A program made the position numbers and the translations under genes. A DNA stretch of 42,391 bases from an uncultured Clostridia bacterium (GTDB lineage: Bacteria > Bacillota > Natranaerobiia > Natranaerobiales > Natranaerobiaceae). Location: the NCBI GenBank assembly GCA_964487675.1, contig CAZARY010000001.1, positions 1-42,391 on the forward strand, given 5' to 3'. The notes below the pieces were generated by a model. The model saw only the letters and a list, made by a program, of their open reading frames with translations. It ran no database searches and was not told the origin of the DNA. This document shows positions 1 through 9,276 of this stretch, piece after piece; the stretch's first letter is position 1; the number at the start of each line of letters is the position of its first letter.

Positions 1-1
1 G

Positions 2-676
2 AGCTTAGAAGAGATATTAAAGAGGTATGCCCTTGACCCCGATTACCATCAGAATTTGTTTAAGGAGTTTTCACCCAGCTACAATATTTCGCCAGGACAA
101 GATGTCTTGGCTGTGATAGCAGCAAAGGGGAAAAAACGAGCTGGCCTAATTCATTGGGGGATCAAGCCTTCTTGGATGGTTAAAAAAAAACAAGCAGTTA
201 AGCCTTTTATAAATGCTAGGGTTGAGGGTGTTCGATCTAAACCAAGTTTTGCTCCTTTATTTAAAAGCCGCCGGTGTCTGATTCCGGCGAACGGTTTTTT
301 CGAATGGCAAAGGGGACCTAATGGCGACAAACTACCTTATTATTTTTTCTTAACCGATGGAGCCGATCAAAATAGGAGTTTTTCAATGGCGGGGTTATGG
401 GAAAGATGGGAAGAAAAGGATGGTCGAAAAAGAAGTGGAATGTTGGTGATTACCCAACCTTCTGATGGGAAGGTTTCTAAAGTTCATCATCGGATGCCCC
501 TTATTCTGCCATCAAGTTGGGATGATGCCTGGTTATCCAATGTAGATGTAAATTTGGATGAGCTGACTAGCCAATCTAAAGAGATGGTTCATGATCAAAT
601 TAATTGCTTACAAGTGAACCGCGCCGTAAACAAGACAGGCAACGATTATCCGGAACTGATTGCTCCAGAGGACTAA
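2..676 (+). CDS. SRAP-family protein (SOS response-associated peptidase / YedK-like abasic-site sensor), 5'-truncated by the window edge
   Basis: The frame is open from nt 2, with no stop upstream of the listed TTG at 56. Motifs SPSYNISPGQ, FINARVE, CLIPANGFFEWQ and HHRMPLIL fit the SRAP/DUF159 family. The catalytic N-terminal Met-Cys lies just outside the window. Confidence 0.8.
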   Translation, partial: SLEEILKRYALDPDYHQNLFKEFSPSYNISPGQDVLAVIAAKGKKRAGLIHWGIKPSWMVKKKQAVKPFINARVEGVRSKPSFAPLFKSRRCLIPANGFFEWQRGPNGDKLPYYFFLTDGADQNRSFSMAGLWERWEEKDGRKRSGMLVITQPSDGKVSKVHHRMPLILPSSWDDAWLSNVDVNLDELTSQSKEMVHDQINCLQVNRAVNKTGNDYPELIAPED

Positions 677-840
677 CGCAGAGATGACTGGAAGGCCTAA
701 ATTTACGAAAAAATTAATATTTAAACCGCACTATGCTTTGAATTGTAGTGCCTATATTGCAGCGCCTAGATAATTTGTTTTCTGAGCTGACTTGGTTTAA
801 AGTTATTAATTTAGTAAGCGAGAGGTGGAGGAGGCGCCAA

Positions 841-2025
841 ATGAAAAAAAGTTTATTGTTTAAAGACGAACAAGGAGACTATAACGAAAACCGCAGTGTC
901 AATATTGTTTGTGCACCGGATTCTTTTAAGGGCAGTTTGGAAGCGACTCAAGTGGCTAGTGCCATGGAAGAAGGCGCTTTAACAGCTATCCAAAACGTAA
1001 AAGTTAACAAATTACCCCTTTCAGATGGAGGCGAAGGATTGGCAGCGTCACTGGTAACCTCTACAGGTGGTAAATGGGGCAACGCAGTGGTTTCCGACCC
1101 ATTAGGCAGAAAGGTTTCCGCAGGGTATGGGATCTTAGGAGACGGCCAAACGGGTGTATTGGAAATGGCTGCAGCATCTGGCCTCCCTCTTTTGAGAGCA
1201 GAAGAGTTAAATCCACTTCAAACCTCGACTTATGGTACAGGAGAGTTAATTATTGAATTGCTGAACTTGGGGTGTACAAAGGTCATTATTGGTATTGGCG
1301 GGAGCGCAACGAATGATGGTGGCCTCGGGATGCTTAAAGCTTTGGGGGGGGAAATATTCGACCATCGCGGTAATGCATTGGCTGGCAAGGGAGAAGATAC
1401 ATTAAAGCTCGCAAAGATAGATTTGACTAGATTGGATCCCCGAATAAAAGGCGTAGAGTTTATCTCTGCATGTGATGTAGATAATCCGTTATTAGGTCCC
1501 CAAGGGGCGGCAAGAGTGTATGCGCCACAAAAAGGTGCCGATGCAAAAAAAGTAGAGCTATTAGAAAAAGGGATGGAAAACCTAGCCCAGGTGATATACC
1601 AGAATTTAAATGTAGAAATAGCAGAGAGCCCGGGGGCTGGAGCTGCTGGAGGATTGGGAGCTGGTATTCAGGCCTTTTTAGGTGGAAGACTGGTGTCAGG
1701 GATAGAATTGGTCCTAGATACAATAAACATTGATTTTTATTTACCGGATGCTGACCTGGTTATAACAGGAGAGGGGACGTTAGATGCACAAACCATTTTC
1801 GGCAAAGTCCCTTTTGGTGTAGCAAAGAGGGCAAAGCAGTACCAGGTGCCTGTGGTAGCCCTGGCAGGTCATTGTGATAAAGGAGCTTCCCGTTTACACG
1901 AATTTGGATTGACCGCTTATTTTAGCATATCACCAGGAGCTTGTTCCCAGGCATATTTAATGAATAATGCTTATGAGTTGGTCAAAAACACTTCTTACCA
2001 GGTTGTCCGGCTGATCAGTCTATAA
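841..2025 (+). CDS. Glycerate kinase (GlxK/GarK family)
   Basis: Motifs VCAPDSFKGS, LSDGGEG, IGIGGSATNDGG and ITGEGTLDAQT. ATG 841 follows GGAGGAGG by 6 nt, so the listed start at 748 is probably an upstream extension. Confidence 0.9.
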   Translation: MKKSLLFKDEQGDYNENRSVNIVCAPDSFKGSLEATQVASAMEEGALTAIQNVKVNKLPLSDGGEGLAASLVTSTGGKWGNAVVSDPLGRKVSAGYGILGDGQTGVLEMAAASGLPLLRAEELNPLQTSTYGTGELIIELLNLGCTKVIIGIGGSATNDGGLGMLKALGGEIFDHRGNALAGKGEDTLKLAKIDLTRLDPRIKGVEFISACDVDNPLLGPQGAARVYAPQKGADAKKVELLEKGMENLAQVIYQNLNVEIAESPGAGAAGGLGAGIQAFLGGRLVSGIELVLDTINIDFYLPDADLVITGEGTLDAQTIFGKVPFGVAKRAKQYQVPVVALAGHCDKGASRLHEFGLTAYFSISPGACSQAYLMNNAYELVKNTSYQVVRLISL

Positions 2026-2127
2026 AATAAGCGGAAAAAATAGAAAGACGTAATGTAAATAATGGATTTGTGCGTTTAGAAAAAGATTCTAGAGTTAATT
2101 ATTGCACATTTTTGCGCTTATCCCGCA

Positions 2128-2769
2128 TTACAATCCATGTGAACGTTTGAATGCTTGCCAGTTTTCTTTTAACCACCAAAAATCTTCAAAATTCTCTAAT
2201 CGAAGCAAAAACGGGTTATATGTTTTTTCAATCCCAATAGTAGAAGTTGGTTTGGGACCATTGTTGTGCCCTGGAAGCACTTCTGTGCTGTCGGGTAAAC
2301 TCGTCAGTTTCTTTAAGCTATGGAATTGCTTGAAAGCACTTTCGCGAGTCCGGGTGCCGCCCACTTTACCCACAAATAAAACGTCGCCTGTTAACAGCAT
2401 GTTTTTTACGTAAAAGCATAAATCTCCTTCCGTATGACCGGGCGTATGTATTACCTTTATTTTTAATTGTCCCAAATTTAGTTCTGCCTCGTCTTCAAGA
2501 GTGATTGAACGATCTTGTATTTTGGGATGACATGCGATTTGAGCCCGGTGAAAATTGTTTTTTAGCAAGGTGTTGTCGTGGACGTGATCGTGGTGATCGT
2601 GAGTGTTCAATATATACTGGAGGTCAAAATCATGAGTAGAAATGGTTTCTAACAGCTGTTTCCCACAGAAAGAAGGATCTACGACAGCGCATTTTTTGCT
2701 TTGTTCACATGTCACCAGGTAGCTAAAATTTTTAAGTTTCTGTGGACATTGAAATTGGGTGATGCCCAA
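2128..2769 (-). CDS. MBL-fold metallo-hydrolase (hydroxyacylglutathione-hydrolase-like)
   Basis: HDHHDH metal motif, HTPGHTEGD, and a downstream GD/H pattern. The likely start is TTG 2769, 6 nt after AAAGGAGGG; the listed ATG at 2829 lacks an RBS. Confidence 0.8.
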   Translation of the reverse strand: MGITQFQCPQKLKNFSYLVTCEQSKKCAVVDPSFCGKQLLETISTHDFDLQYILNTHDHHDHVHDNTLLKNNFHRAQIACHPKIQDRSITLEDEAELNLGQLKIKVIHTPGHTEGDLCFYVKNMLLTGDVLFVGKVGGTRTRESAFKQFHSLKKLTSLPDSTEVLPGHNNGPKPTSTIGIEKTYNPFLLRLENFEDFWWLKENWQAFKRSHGL

Positions 2770-3000
2770 AACAATCCCTCCTTTAATATAATCAAAACGA
2801 TTGGTAAAATATACATACCACAAATGCACATCAGACGTTCAAAAGGATGCAGGAATTTAAAACGCAAGTCGGTTCTATTGTGAGCTTAAATTGCTTGTTT
2901 GTCAAATTGATCAATTTTTCTTGATTTAAAACTGGTATAATATAAAAAAAGGGGAGCATCACAACTTTATTTTATAAGTTTATTGTGGGGGTTAGAATAT

Positions 3001-4947
3001 ATGCGCTCTAAAGTGTCAATAATTAAATTGGAAAATCCTGTGTCCGAAAAAAGCATTACCAAAGGCGTTGAGAGAGCGATTGATCAAGCAGGAAGTTTTA
3101 GAGAGCTATTTGCCCCTGGAGATTTAGTGCTTATCACGCCGAATCTTGTGGCTGTTCCACCAAATAAACGTGGCGGCGCAGTCACAAATCTCCAAATGGT
3201 GAAAGCAGTGGCCGATAAGGTTATGGAATTCGGGGGTGAACCCTTAATAGGAGACTCGGCCACAGCTGGTGTGAACACGGAAGCGGTAATCGCTGCTGAA
3301 GGGTATGACAAGCTAAGGGAGAAAGGATATGATGTGAGAGATCTAAAGAAAGGGCAAGAAGCCCATTTGGAAGTGAAGAACGGTAAGAATTTTGATCGTA
3401 TCCCCGTATATAGGCCAGTAAAAGAAGCTGCTGCCATTATTTCGGTCCCGGTCATGAAAACTCACGATCAAGTGGAAGTGAGCCTGGGGATTAAAAACCT
3501 CAAAGGGTTGCTGCCAGATCGGGTTAAAAAATCCCTGCATCATCAATTTGGAGTTGCTTCAGGTATGGCTGATTTTTATAGTGCGCTGCCGCCGGTTTAC
3601 ACTGTGATGGATGCCCTGGTAGCACTTGAAGGTCTTGGGCCGGTGTATGGCACTTCCGTAGAAATGGGATTAATACTGGCAGGCAGGAATGCCCTGGCGG
3701 TAGATACGATAGCTTCGCAGATTATGGAGGTGGAAGAGGAGGATAGGATCATTGAAAACGAAATAAGAGATCGTGAAACAATAAATTATGAAACAAACCC
3801 CATTTATAAGGGGGAAATTGAAGTAGTGGGGGATTATGGAGATCCTCGCCAAGTATCTCGGCGGTTTCGCAGGGTGAAAGATCTGAGCGCTGACTTGATT
3901 GCTGAAATGCACATTCCATTAAAATTTTTTCAGGGTACCTGCACCGGGTGTAAAAACACTATATTGAGTTGTTTGTACGATATTAAAACAGCAGGCTGGG
4001 GCAGCTTATTTCAAAAAGGGAAAAATAAACAAATTTTTGCTGGCGCCATCACCCAGGAGAATGAAAAGAATTTACTGTTTCAATCACGAAAAAATGGAAA
4101 ACTTTTAATGATCGGAGCTTGTTTGGCTGATTACCGAGGGTATGGTGAATTTGTTCCGGGGTGTCCCCCCGATAATTTACCGGTTATTGAGGGTCTCCTT
4201 GGAAAAGGTAAGGTTAAACCGAGGTACCAGGAAACGGAAAAAGAGATAGCCAAGAACGACCCTTTATTATTCCTGAAAACCATTCGGGGAATTATATTTG
4301 ATTTAGACAATACCTTGATTCAGTCCAGAATTGATTTTCAGAAAATGAAAACGGAAGTGTTTAAATTCTTAAAAGAAAAAGATTTGCTGCCTGAAAGGAT
4401 TAAGCAATCAGAACTGGCTCAGCATACTACTTCAACCTTGATTCAGGCGGTTAAAGAAGAAAAGCTATTAAATGAAATTCAAGAATTGGAATTGTGGCAG
4501 CTAGTGAAAACAATAGAGGCTGAAGGCATGAGAAAGTCAGAACTAGAGCCTGGAGCGGAGCAATTGATAAAAACGCTCAAAAACCAGGTTACACTCACAA
4601 TTTTCACAAACAACTCTGTTTTCGCAGCTAAAGAAGCTTTAAAACGGCTAGGGATATTATCTGAATTTGATTTAATTGTGGGAAGAGAACAAATTCAAAC
4701 GCTAAAGCCTTCAGGGGAGGGCATATTTCAAGTCATTCAAGCTTTTCCTGGTATCCATCATGAACAATGGCTGTTCATTGGCGATTCCTGGATTGATGGC
4801 ATGGCAGCGAAAAATGCGAATATTTTATTTACAGCTTATCAATGCTGCAGAAAAGAGCTTGTAGACCGTGAAATCCCAGTTTTATGTCACCTGAATCATT
4901 TAGAGGATTTGCTGCTTTTTTTGCAGTGCAGTGACGGCAAAAAATAG
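3001..4947 (+). CDS. Fusion protein: N-terminal DUF362-like domain plus C-terminal HAD-superfamily phosphatase domain
   Basis: The N-terminal ~400 aa resemble DUF362 (LVLITPNLV, VPVMKTHDQVEVSLGIKNLKG, Cys-containing CTGC and GCPP segments). The C-terminal ~210 aa carry all four HAD motifs (FDLDNT, TIFTNNS, LKPSGEG, GDSWIDG). ATG 3001 is the likely start. Confidence 0.7.
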   Translation: MRSKVSIIKLENPVSEKSITKGVERAIDQAGSFRELFAPGDLVLITPNLVAVPPNKRGGAVTNLQMVKAVADKVMEFGGEPLIGDSATAGVNTEAVIAAEGYDKLREKGYDVRDLKKGQEAHLEVKNGKNFDRIPVYRPVKEAAAIISVPVMKTHDQVEVSLGIKNLKGLLPDRVKKSLHHQFGVASGMADFYSALPPVYTVMDALVALEGLGPVYGTSVEMGLILAGRNALAVDTIASQIMEVEEEDRIIENEIRDRETINYETNPIYKGEIEVVGDYGDPRQVSRRFRRVKDLSADLIAEMHIPLKFFQGTCTGCKNTILSCLYDIKTAGWGSLFQKGKNKQIFAGAITQENEKNLLFQSRKNGKLLMIGACLADYRGYGEFVPGCPPDNLPVIEGLLGKGKVKPRYQETEKEIAKNDPLLFLKTIRGIIFDLDNTLIQSRIDFQKMKTEVFKFLKEKDLLPERIKQSELAQHTTSTLIQAVKEEKLLNEIQELELWQLVKTIEAEGMRKSELEPGAEQLIKTLKNQVTLTIFTNNSVFAAKEALKRLGILSEFDLIVGREQIQTLKPSGEGIFQVIQAFPGIHHEQWLFIGDSWIDGMAAKNANILFTAYQCCRKELVDREIPVLCHLNHLEDLLLFLQCSDGKK

Positions 4948-5145
4948 TTTATATTCAAGTGTTTAATTTGATAACTATTTTAAATATCTTTTTGCAAGAT
5001 AAACGGTGCAATAAATGAGTAGCTAATATGACTGGCTAAAAAATATTTTTGTTCGAAAAGGGTTTAGGTAGGAATTAGACCTTCCCTGTCGAAAATAACA
5101 ATATAACAAAGTATATAATAAAGAAAGTTAGAGAGGTGTGGCGTA

Positions 5146-6627
5146 TTGAAAACATGGGTGTTAATTATTGTTTTAATGGTGGGTATCTTATTCACCGGTT
5201 GTACAGAAGAAGGGCAAGAATCTGAATCAGGGGACAAATCAGGAGCTCAAAATTCCAATGAATACCAAAAAACTTCCTTTGATATGGCTCAAGTTCGTGA
5301 AGAGTTACAAACCCTGGGGAATAAAGAAAGAAAGGATGCTGAAGAGGAGGATAAAGGCCCACATTTTAGCTATCCAGATGCAGTAAGAGGGATTTATGTT
5401 ACTGGGAATACGGCTGGATTATCCAGATTTGATGACTTGATTGAAATGGTGAATCAATCGGATTTAAATTCCATGGTTATCGATATAAAAAACGACCATG
5501 GATATATAACGTATAAGTTGGAAGGCACTGAATACGATGATATGAGCCAAAACTATATTAAAGACCCTGAAGCTATGCTGGAGACTTTATCTGAGCATGA
5601 AATTTATCCCATAGCCAGGATTGTAGTTTTTAAAGATACGGTACTGGCCGAGAAACATCCTGAATATGCTTTTCGCCGCCCTGACGGTTCCGTATGGAAA
5701 AACAGGAAGGGCGAAGCTTTTGTCAATCCATTTATGGAAGAAGTTTGGGAGTACAATATAGAGATTGCTGAGAAAGCTGCAGAGCTCGGGTTTCAAGAAA
5801 TACAGTTTGATTATGTACGATTTCCAGAAGGGTTTGGGGGGATGGATACATCCCTGGAGTATGCATGGGGGAGTTACTCCGAGGAAAAATTAACCCCCAG
5901 GCTGGAAGAAGAATGGGAGGCTATAATCGCGGAGCAGGATGCAGAGGATAGCCCTGACTTGACTGAAGAAGTGATAGGGGAAGAGGATGTAGATTTGGAT
6001 GCCTTAGAGAAAGAAAACAATGAAAACAAAGCAGAAGAAAACGGCAATAATGAAGACAATGGGGATCAAGATAAGCAAGCGGAAACAGGAAAAACATTGG
6101 AAGACCTGGAGCCACCAGAATATGACTATGGATTGGCCAGGGTCATGGCTGTTACTGATTTTGTAGAAAAAGCCTATGCAAGGCTGCAGCCCTATGATGT
6201 AGACGTATCAGTGGATATATTTGGTTATACTGTTACGGTGCCGGAATCCAGGGGCATTGGTCAAAACTTTTTTAAAATTTGCCAGCATGTAGACATCATC
6301 TCCTCCATGATATACCCGAGCCATTGGGGGAGAGGAAACTTTGGCTACACGAACCCTGATAAACATCCCTATGAAATTGTAGACGAATACAGCCAGCTAG
6401 AAAATGAAATCCTTGATAAAATGGAAGATCCACCGCAATCAAGGCCCTGGCTGCAGGATTTTACTGCGACCTGGTTGGGAAGTGGGAATTATATAAACTA
6501 TGGTGTGGCGGAAATAGAAGCCCAGATAAGGGCTTTAAAAGAGAATGGTATTGAAGAATATTTATTGTGGAATGCGGCCAATCAATACACCCAGGGTGTG
6601 GATTATACGCCATGGGAAGAAGATTAA
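5146..6627 (+). CDS. Lipoprotein, putative glycoside-hydrolase-like TIM-barrel protein (DUF4015-like) with an acidic insertion
   Basis: Signal peptide with lipobox LFTGC. GIYVTGNTAG...LNSMVIDIKNDHGYITY and QFDYVRFPE resemble the putative glycosyl hydrolase domain family. TTG start lies after AGAGAGGTG. Confidence 0.55.
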   Translation: MKTWVLIIVLMVGILFTGCTEEGQESESGDKSGAQNSNEYQKTSFDMAQVREELQTLGNKERKDAEEEDKGPHFSYPDAVRGIYVTGNTAGLSRFDDLIEMVNQSDLNSMVIDIKNDHGYITYKLEGTEYDDMSQNYIKDPEAMLETLSEHEIYPIARIVVFKDTVLAEKHPEYAFRRPDGSVWKNRKGEAFVNPFMEEVWEYNIEIAEKAAELGFQEIQFDYVRFPEGFGGMDTSLEYAWGSYSEEKLTPRLEEEWEAIIAEQDAEDSPDLTEEVIGEEDVDLDALEKENNENKAEENGNNEDNGDQDKQAETGKTLEDLEPPEYDYGLARVMAVTDFVEKAYARLQPYDVDVSVDIFGYTVTVPESRGIGQNFFKICQHVDIISSMIYPSHWGRGNFGYTNPDKHPYEIVDEYSQLENEILDKMEDPPQSRPWLQDFTATWLGSGNYINYGVAEIEAQIRALKENGIEEYLLWNAANQYTQGVDYTPWEED

Positions 6628-6678
6628 TTAAAGTCAATTAATTTACTTACGAAGTGCGCTCTACGTGTGTCTTACATC

Positions 6679-6716
6679 AAAGCCTCCCTTTGCTCAAGTC
6701 AAAAAGGGAGGCTTTT
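6679..6716 (+). terminator. Rho-independent terminator candidate after the lipoprotein gene
   Basis: Perfect 13-bp stem AAAGCCTCCCTTT (6679-6691) / AAAGGGAGGCTTT (6703-6715) with an 11-nt loop, running into a T tract. Confidence 0.6.
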
Positions 6717-6846
6717 AAAGTTATTATACTATTTTTGAAAGATTTTATTTGTAAACCAGGTATTTAAAGAGCAATGGGAATGGCCTTATGACTCAGGGCA
6801 TTCGGTTACAAGTAACTGGCCTGCAAATTGATATTCTCACCATTTT

Positions 6847-7854
6847 TTATATGTTTACAAGTCCCATATGCTGCCGTACATTGTCCATGGTTGTAGAAGC
6901 TATTTCTTTTGCCCTGTGGGCGCCTGTTTTATAAACATCTTCTAAATATCCCCGGTTTTCCATGTAATGGTTGTATTTTTCTTTGAAGCTTTTTGTCCTT
7001 TCAATAATTAATTCTGCGACATCTTTTTTAAATTGGCCGTACCCTTTGCCGCTGTATTCTTTTTCTACTTCTTCAATCGCACATGGCTTGAGTTTCGAGT
7101 AGATAGTAATTAAATTCTTAATTCCTAATTGATCTTCACTGTAAACTATCTGGTTTTTATTGTCCGTTACTGCCCGTTTAACTTTTTTCATGGTTTCATC
7201 TTCGGAATCCAACAAAAATATTACGCCTTTTTCGCTTTCTTCGGACTTAGACATTTTTTTGTCAGGTTCTTGCAGATTCATAACTTTAGCGCCTACTTTT
7301 GGGAGATAAATTTCTGGGATTTGAAAAGTATCTCCGTATGCGCTGTTAAATCTTTCCGCTATATCCCGAGAAAGTTCTATATGTTGCCTTTGATCTTCTC
7401 CTACGGGTACCAGGTTTGTTTGGTACAATAATATATCCGCAGCTTGTAGAATTGGGTAAGTATAAAGGCCAGCATTGACATTTTGCGCGTGTTGGGCAGA
7501 CTTCTCCTTAAATTGAGTCATTCGGTTTAATTCGCCCAGGTAAGTGTTGCAGCTTAAGAGCCAGGCCAATTCTGCGTGTTCTTTTACATGGGATTGATAA
7601 AAAATGATATTTTTTTCGGGGTCTAACCCACTGGCAAGATATTGAGCCAGGAAAGACAGGGCAGTTTCTTTAAACGTTTTCGGATCTTGCCTTATTGTCA
7701 TAGAATGTAAATCAACGATTGAAAAAATACAAAAATACTCATCTTCAAGTGCTTTCCAATTCTGAATGGCACCAATGTAATTTCCAAGTGTCAAACTGCC
7801 AGAAGGCTGGGCACCGCTAAAAATAACTTGCTTATTGTCCGTCAATTCTATCAC
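6847..7854 (-). CDS. trpS: Tryptophan--tRNA ligase
   Basis: Class I signatures: FSGAQPSGSLTLGNYIGA (HIGH-like region) and KMSKS, with overall TrpS-like length. The true start may be TTG 7845, preceded by GAGGTGAT. Confidence 0.95.
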   Translation of the reverse strand: MIELTDNKQVIFSGAQPSGSLTLGNYIGAIQNWKALEDEYFCIFSIVDLHSMTIRQDPKTFKETALSFLAQYLASGLDPEKNIIFYQSHVKEHAELAWLLSCNTYLGELNRMTQFKEKSAQHAQNVNAGLYTYPILQAADILLYQTNLVPVGEDQRQHIELSRDIAERFNSAYGDTFQIPEIYLPKVGAKVMNLQEPDKKMSKSEESEKGVIFLLDSEDETMKKVKRAVTDNKNQIVYSEDQLGIKNLITIYSKLKPCAIEEVEKEYSGKGYGQFKKDVAELIIERTKSFKEKYNHYMENRGYLEDVYKTGAHRAKEIASTTMDNVRQHMGLVNI

Positions 7855-8007
7855 CTCTTTATTATTTCGGGATTGAGATAAATATATACAACATACAACC
7901 TAAAGCAAAAAAATGCCTATTCATTTATCTATACAATATTTCTTAAAAATAGGGAAATGACCCGATATAGTTATATTATCATACCACTTTCTAAAATCAT
8001 ATTATGT

Positions 8008-8499
8008 CTAGTCTATATAGCTTACTTTTGATTCATCGAAATGATCTTTTAAGGGTTTGGTTTCGTTTGGATATCCTACTGCACAAATTCCTAGCGGTAG
8101 AAAGGGGTCTTTTAAATTCAATAATTTTTTTATTTGGTGAGTTCTCTCCTCGTCTGGATAAACACCCAGCCAAACTGAACCTAAGTTTAAGCCAACAGCA
8201 GCAAGCAATATATTCTGCATAGCAGCGGAGCAGTCCTGCACCCAATATCTTTCATTTTTGTTCCCACAAACAGCTATTCCTAAAGGAGCTTCAACCAACA
8301 TACTTGAATAAGGATGTATTTTCGTGATACGATTCAAAATATCTTGATTACGTATGACTGCAAAATGCCAAGGCTGCTTGTTCATGGCTGAAGGTGCTGC
8401 CATGCCTGCTTTTAACAGTTCTTTGACTTTTTCATCCTCTACAGGCTTGTTCAGATATTTTCTAATGCTCCTTCTTTGATAAAGAAGTTCAATAGACAA
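8008..8499 (-). CDS. Nitroreductase-family protein
   Basis: RRSIRKY near the N-terminus, PSAMNKQPWHF, and a size of ~160 aa. TTG start is preceded by GGAGGGA. Confidence 0.85.
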   Translation of the reverse strand: MSIELLYQRRSIRKYLNKPVEDEKVKELLKAGMAAPSAMNKQPWHFAVIRNQDILNRITKIHPYSSMLVEAPLGIAVCGNKNERYWVQDCSAAMQNILLAAVGLNLGSVWLGVYPDEERTHQIKKLLNLKDPFLPLGICAVGYPNETKPLKDHFDESKVSYID

Positions 8500-9174
8500 G
8501 TTGACATCCCTCCAATAATAAGATCATTTAATCATAACTTAAAAGTAATTTATAGATGAGATAGAGAAGAAGATAAAGAACATTAAGTAGTAGCTTATAA
8601 ATCGTGATGCTGTATATATAATAGGTATATCAATGCTATTATGTCAGATAAATAGCTAGAATTCAATGTAAAATATTGATGATTGTCTAACATTGAAACA
8701 AAAAAGTATCATTATGATATATAAATTTTTTAAATATAATTCTTATTGCTACTTGAGCAACTGCTTTGAGCTTTTTTCATAGCCACTTGTTTGAATGTAT
8801 TTTAGCTCAATTTCAGATTATTATTTAAAAAATTCGGCAAAATGCTGTGAGATTTTAAGAAATTTAAAAAAAATGATTGTCAATCTATGCTTTGCAAAAG
8901 ATTATAAAAACATAGAGATAAGCCCCAATAAGTTCCGTTCTACCAGCGATTAGTATAAATGCATTTTCAAACACTGGCATGATTATTGCAAATATAACTA
9001 GATGCATTATTAATAAATACTCATTTAATTATAATAATAATGTTAGCAGGATTAATAGAGGTTACTGACGAAATTCATGACATCGAAAAACAAATAGTGT
9101 AAAAGCATAGTGAATAGAAAATTAATTATAAGGTAAATTAGATAAGGAGTATGAATAAATACACCTATAGATGA

Positions 9175-9191
9175 CCTAGATCTGATCTAGG
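9175..9191. promoter_or_regulatory. Perfect 17-bp palindrome, candidate operator upstream of the ABC importer
   Basis: CCTAGATC-T-GATCTAGG read directly from the sequence, about 85 nt upstream of the ATG at 9277. The 1-nt spacer makes an RNA hairpin unlikely and a dimeric DNA-binding site plausible. Confidence 0.35.
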
Positions 9192-9276
9192 AGGTGATGT
9201 GGAAGTATGTAAATCAATTATTAAAAATATTTTCAATGATTAGTCAAACCAAACTACCTAATAAGGGGGAAAATTT

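Noticed and set aside
1074-1723. Listed short ORFs inside or antisense to the glycerate kinase gene (1074-1256 +, 1460-1723 -). The same applies to similar ORFs nested in other genes, e.g. 3084-3455, 3343-3546, 3670-3912, 5587-6115, 7129-7431, 9463-9660, 10120-10597, 11489-11728, 12637-12936, 13049-13333, 21241-21495, 22255-23370, 24974-25494, 26560-26829, 27175-27740, 33598-35235 and 40106-40372.
   Set aside because: Each lies wholly within a longer ORF that has clear family motifs and an RBS. They have low-complexity or odd composition and no RBS, so they look like frame-shadow artefacts.
2102-2413. 103-aa ORF on the + strand opposite the MBL-fold hydrolase
   Set aside because: It is antisense to a gene with unmistakable metallo-beta-lactamase motifs and has no RBS.
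7855-8007. Expected T-box leader upstream of trpS
   Set aside because: Only ~150 nt are available before the next gene. I found no GGGTGGTACCGCG-like T-box sequence or terminator/antiterminator pair on the minus strand.
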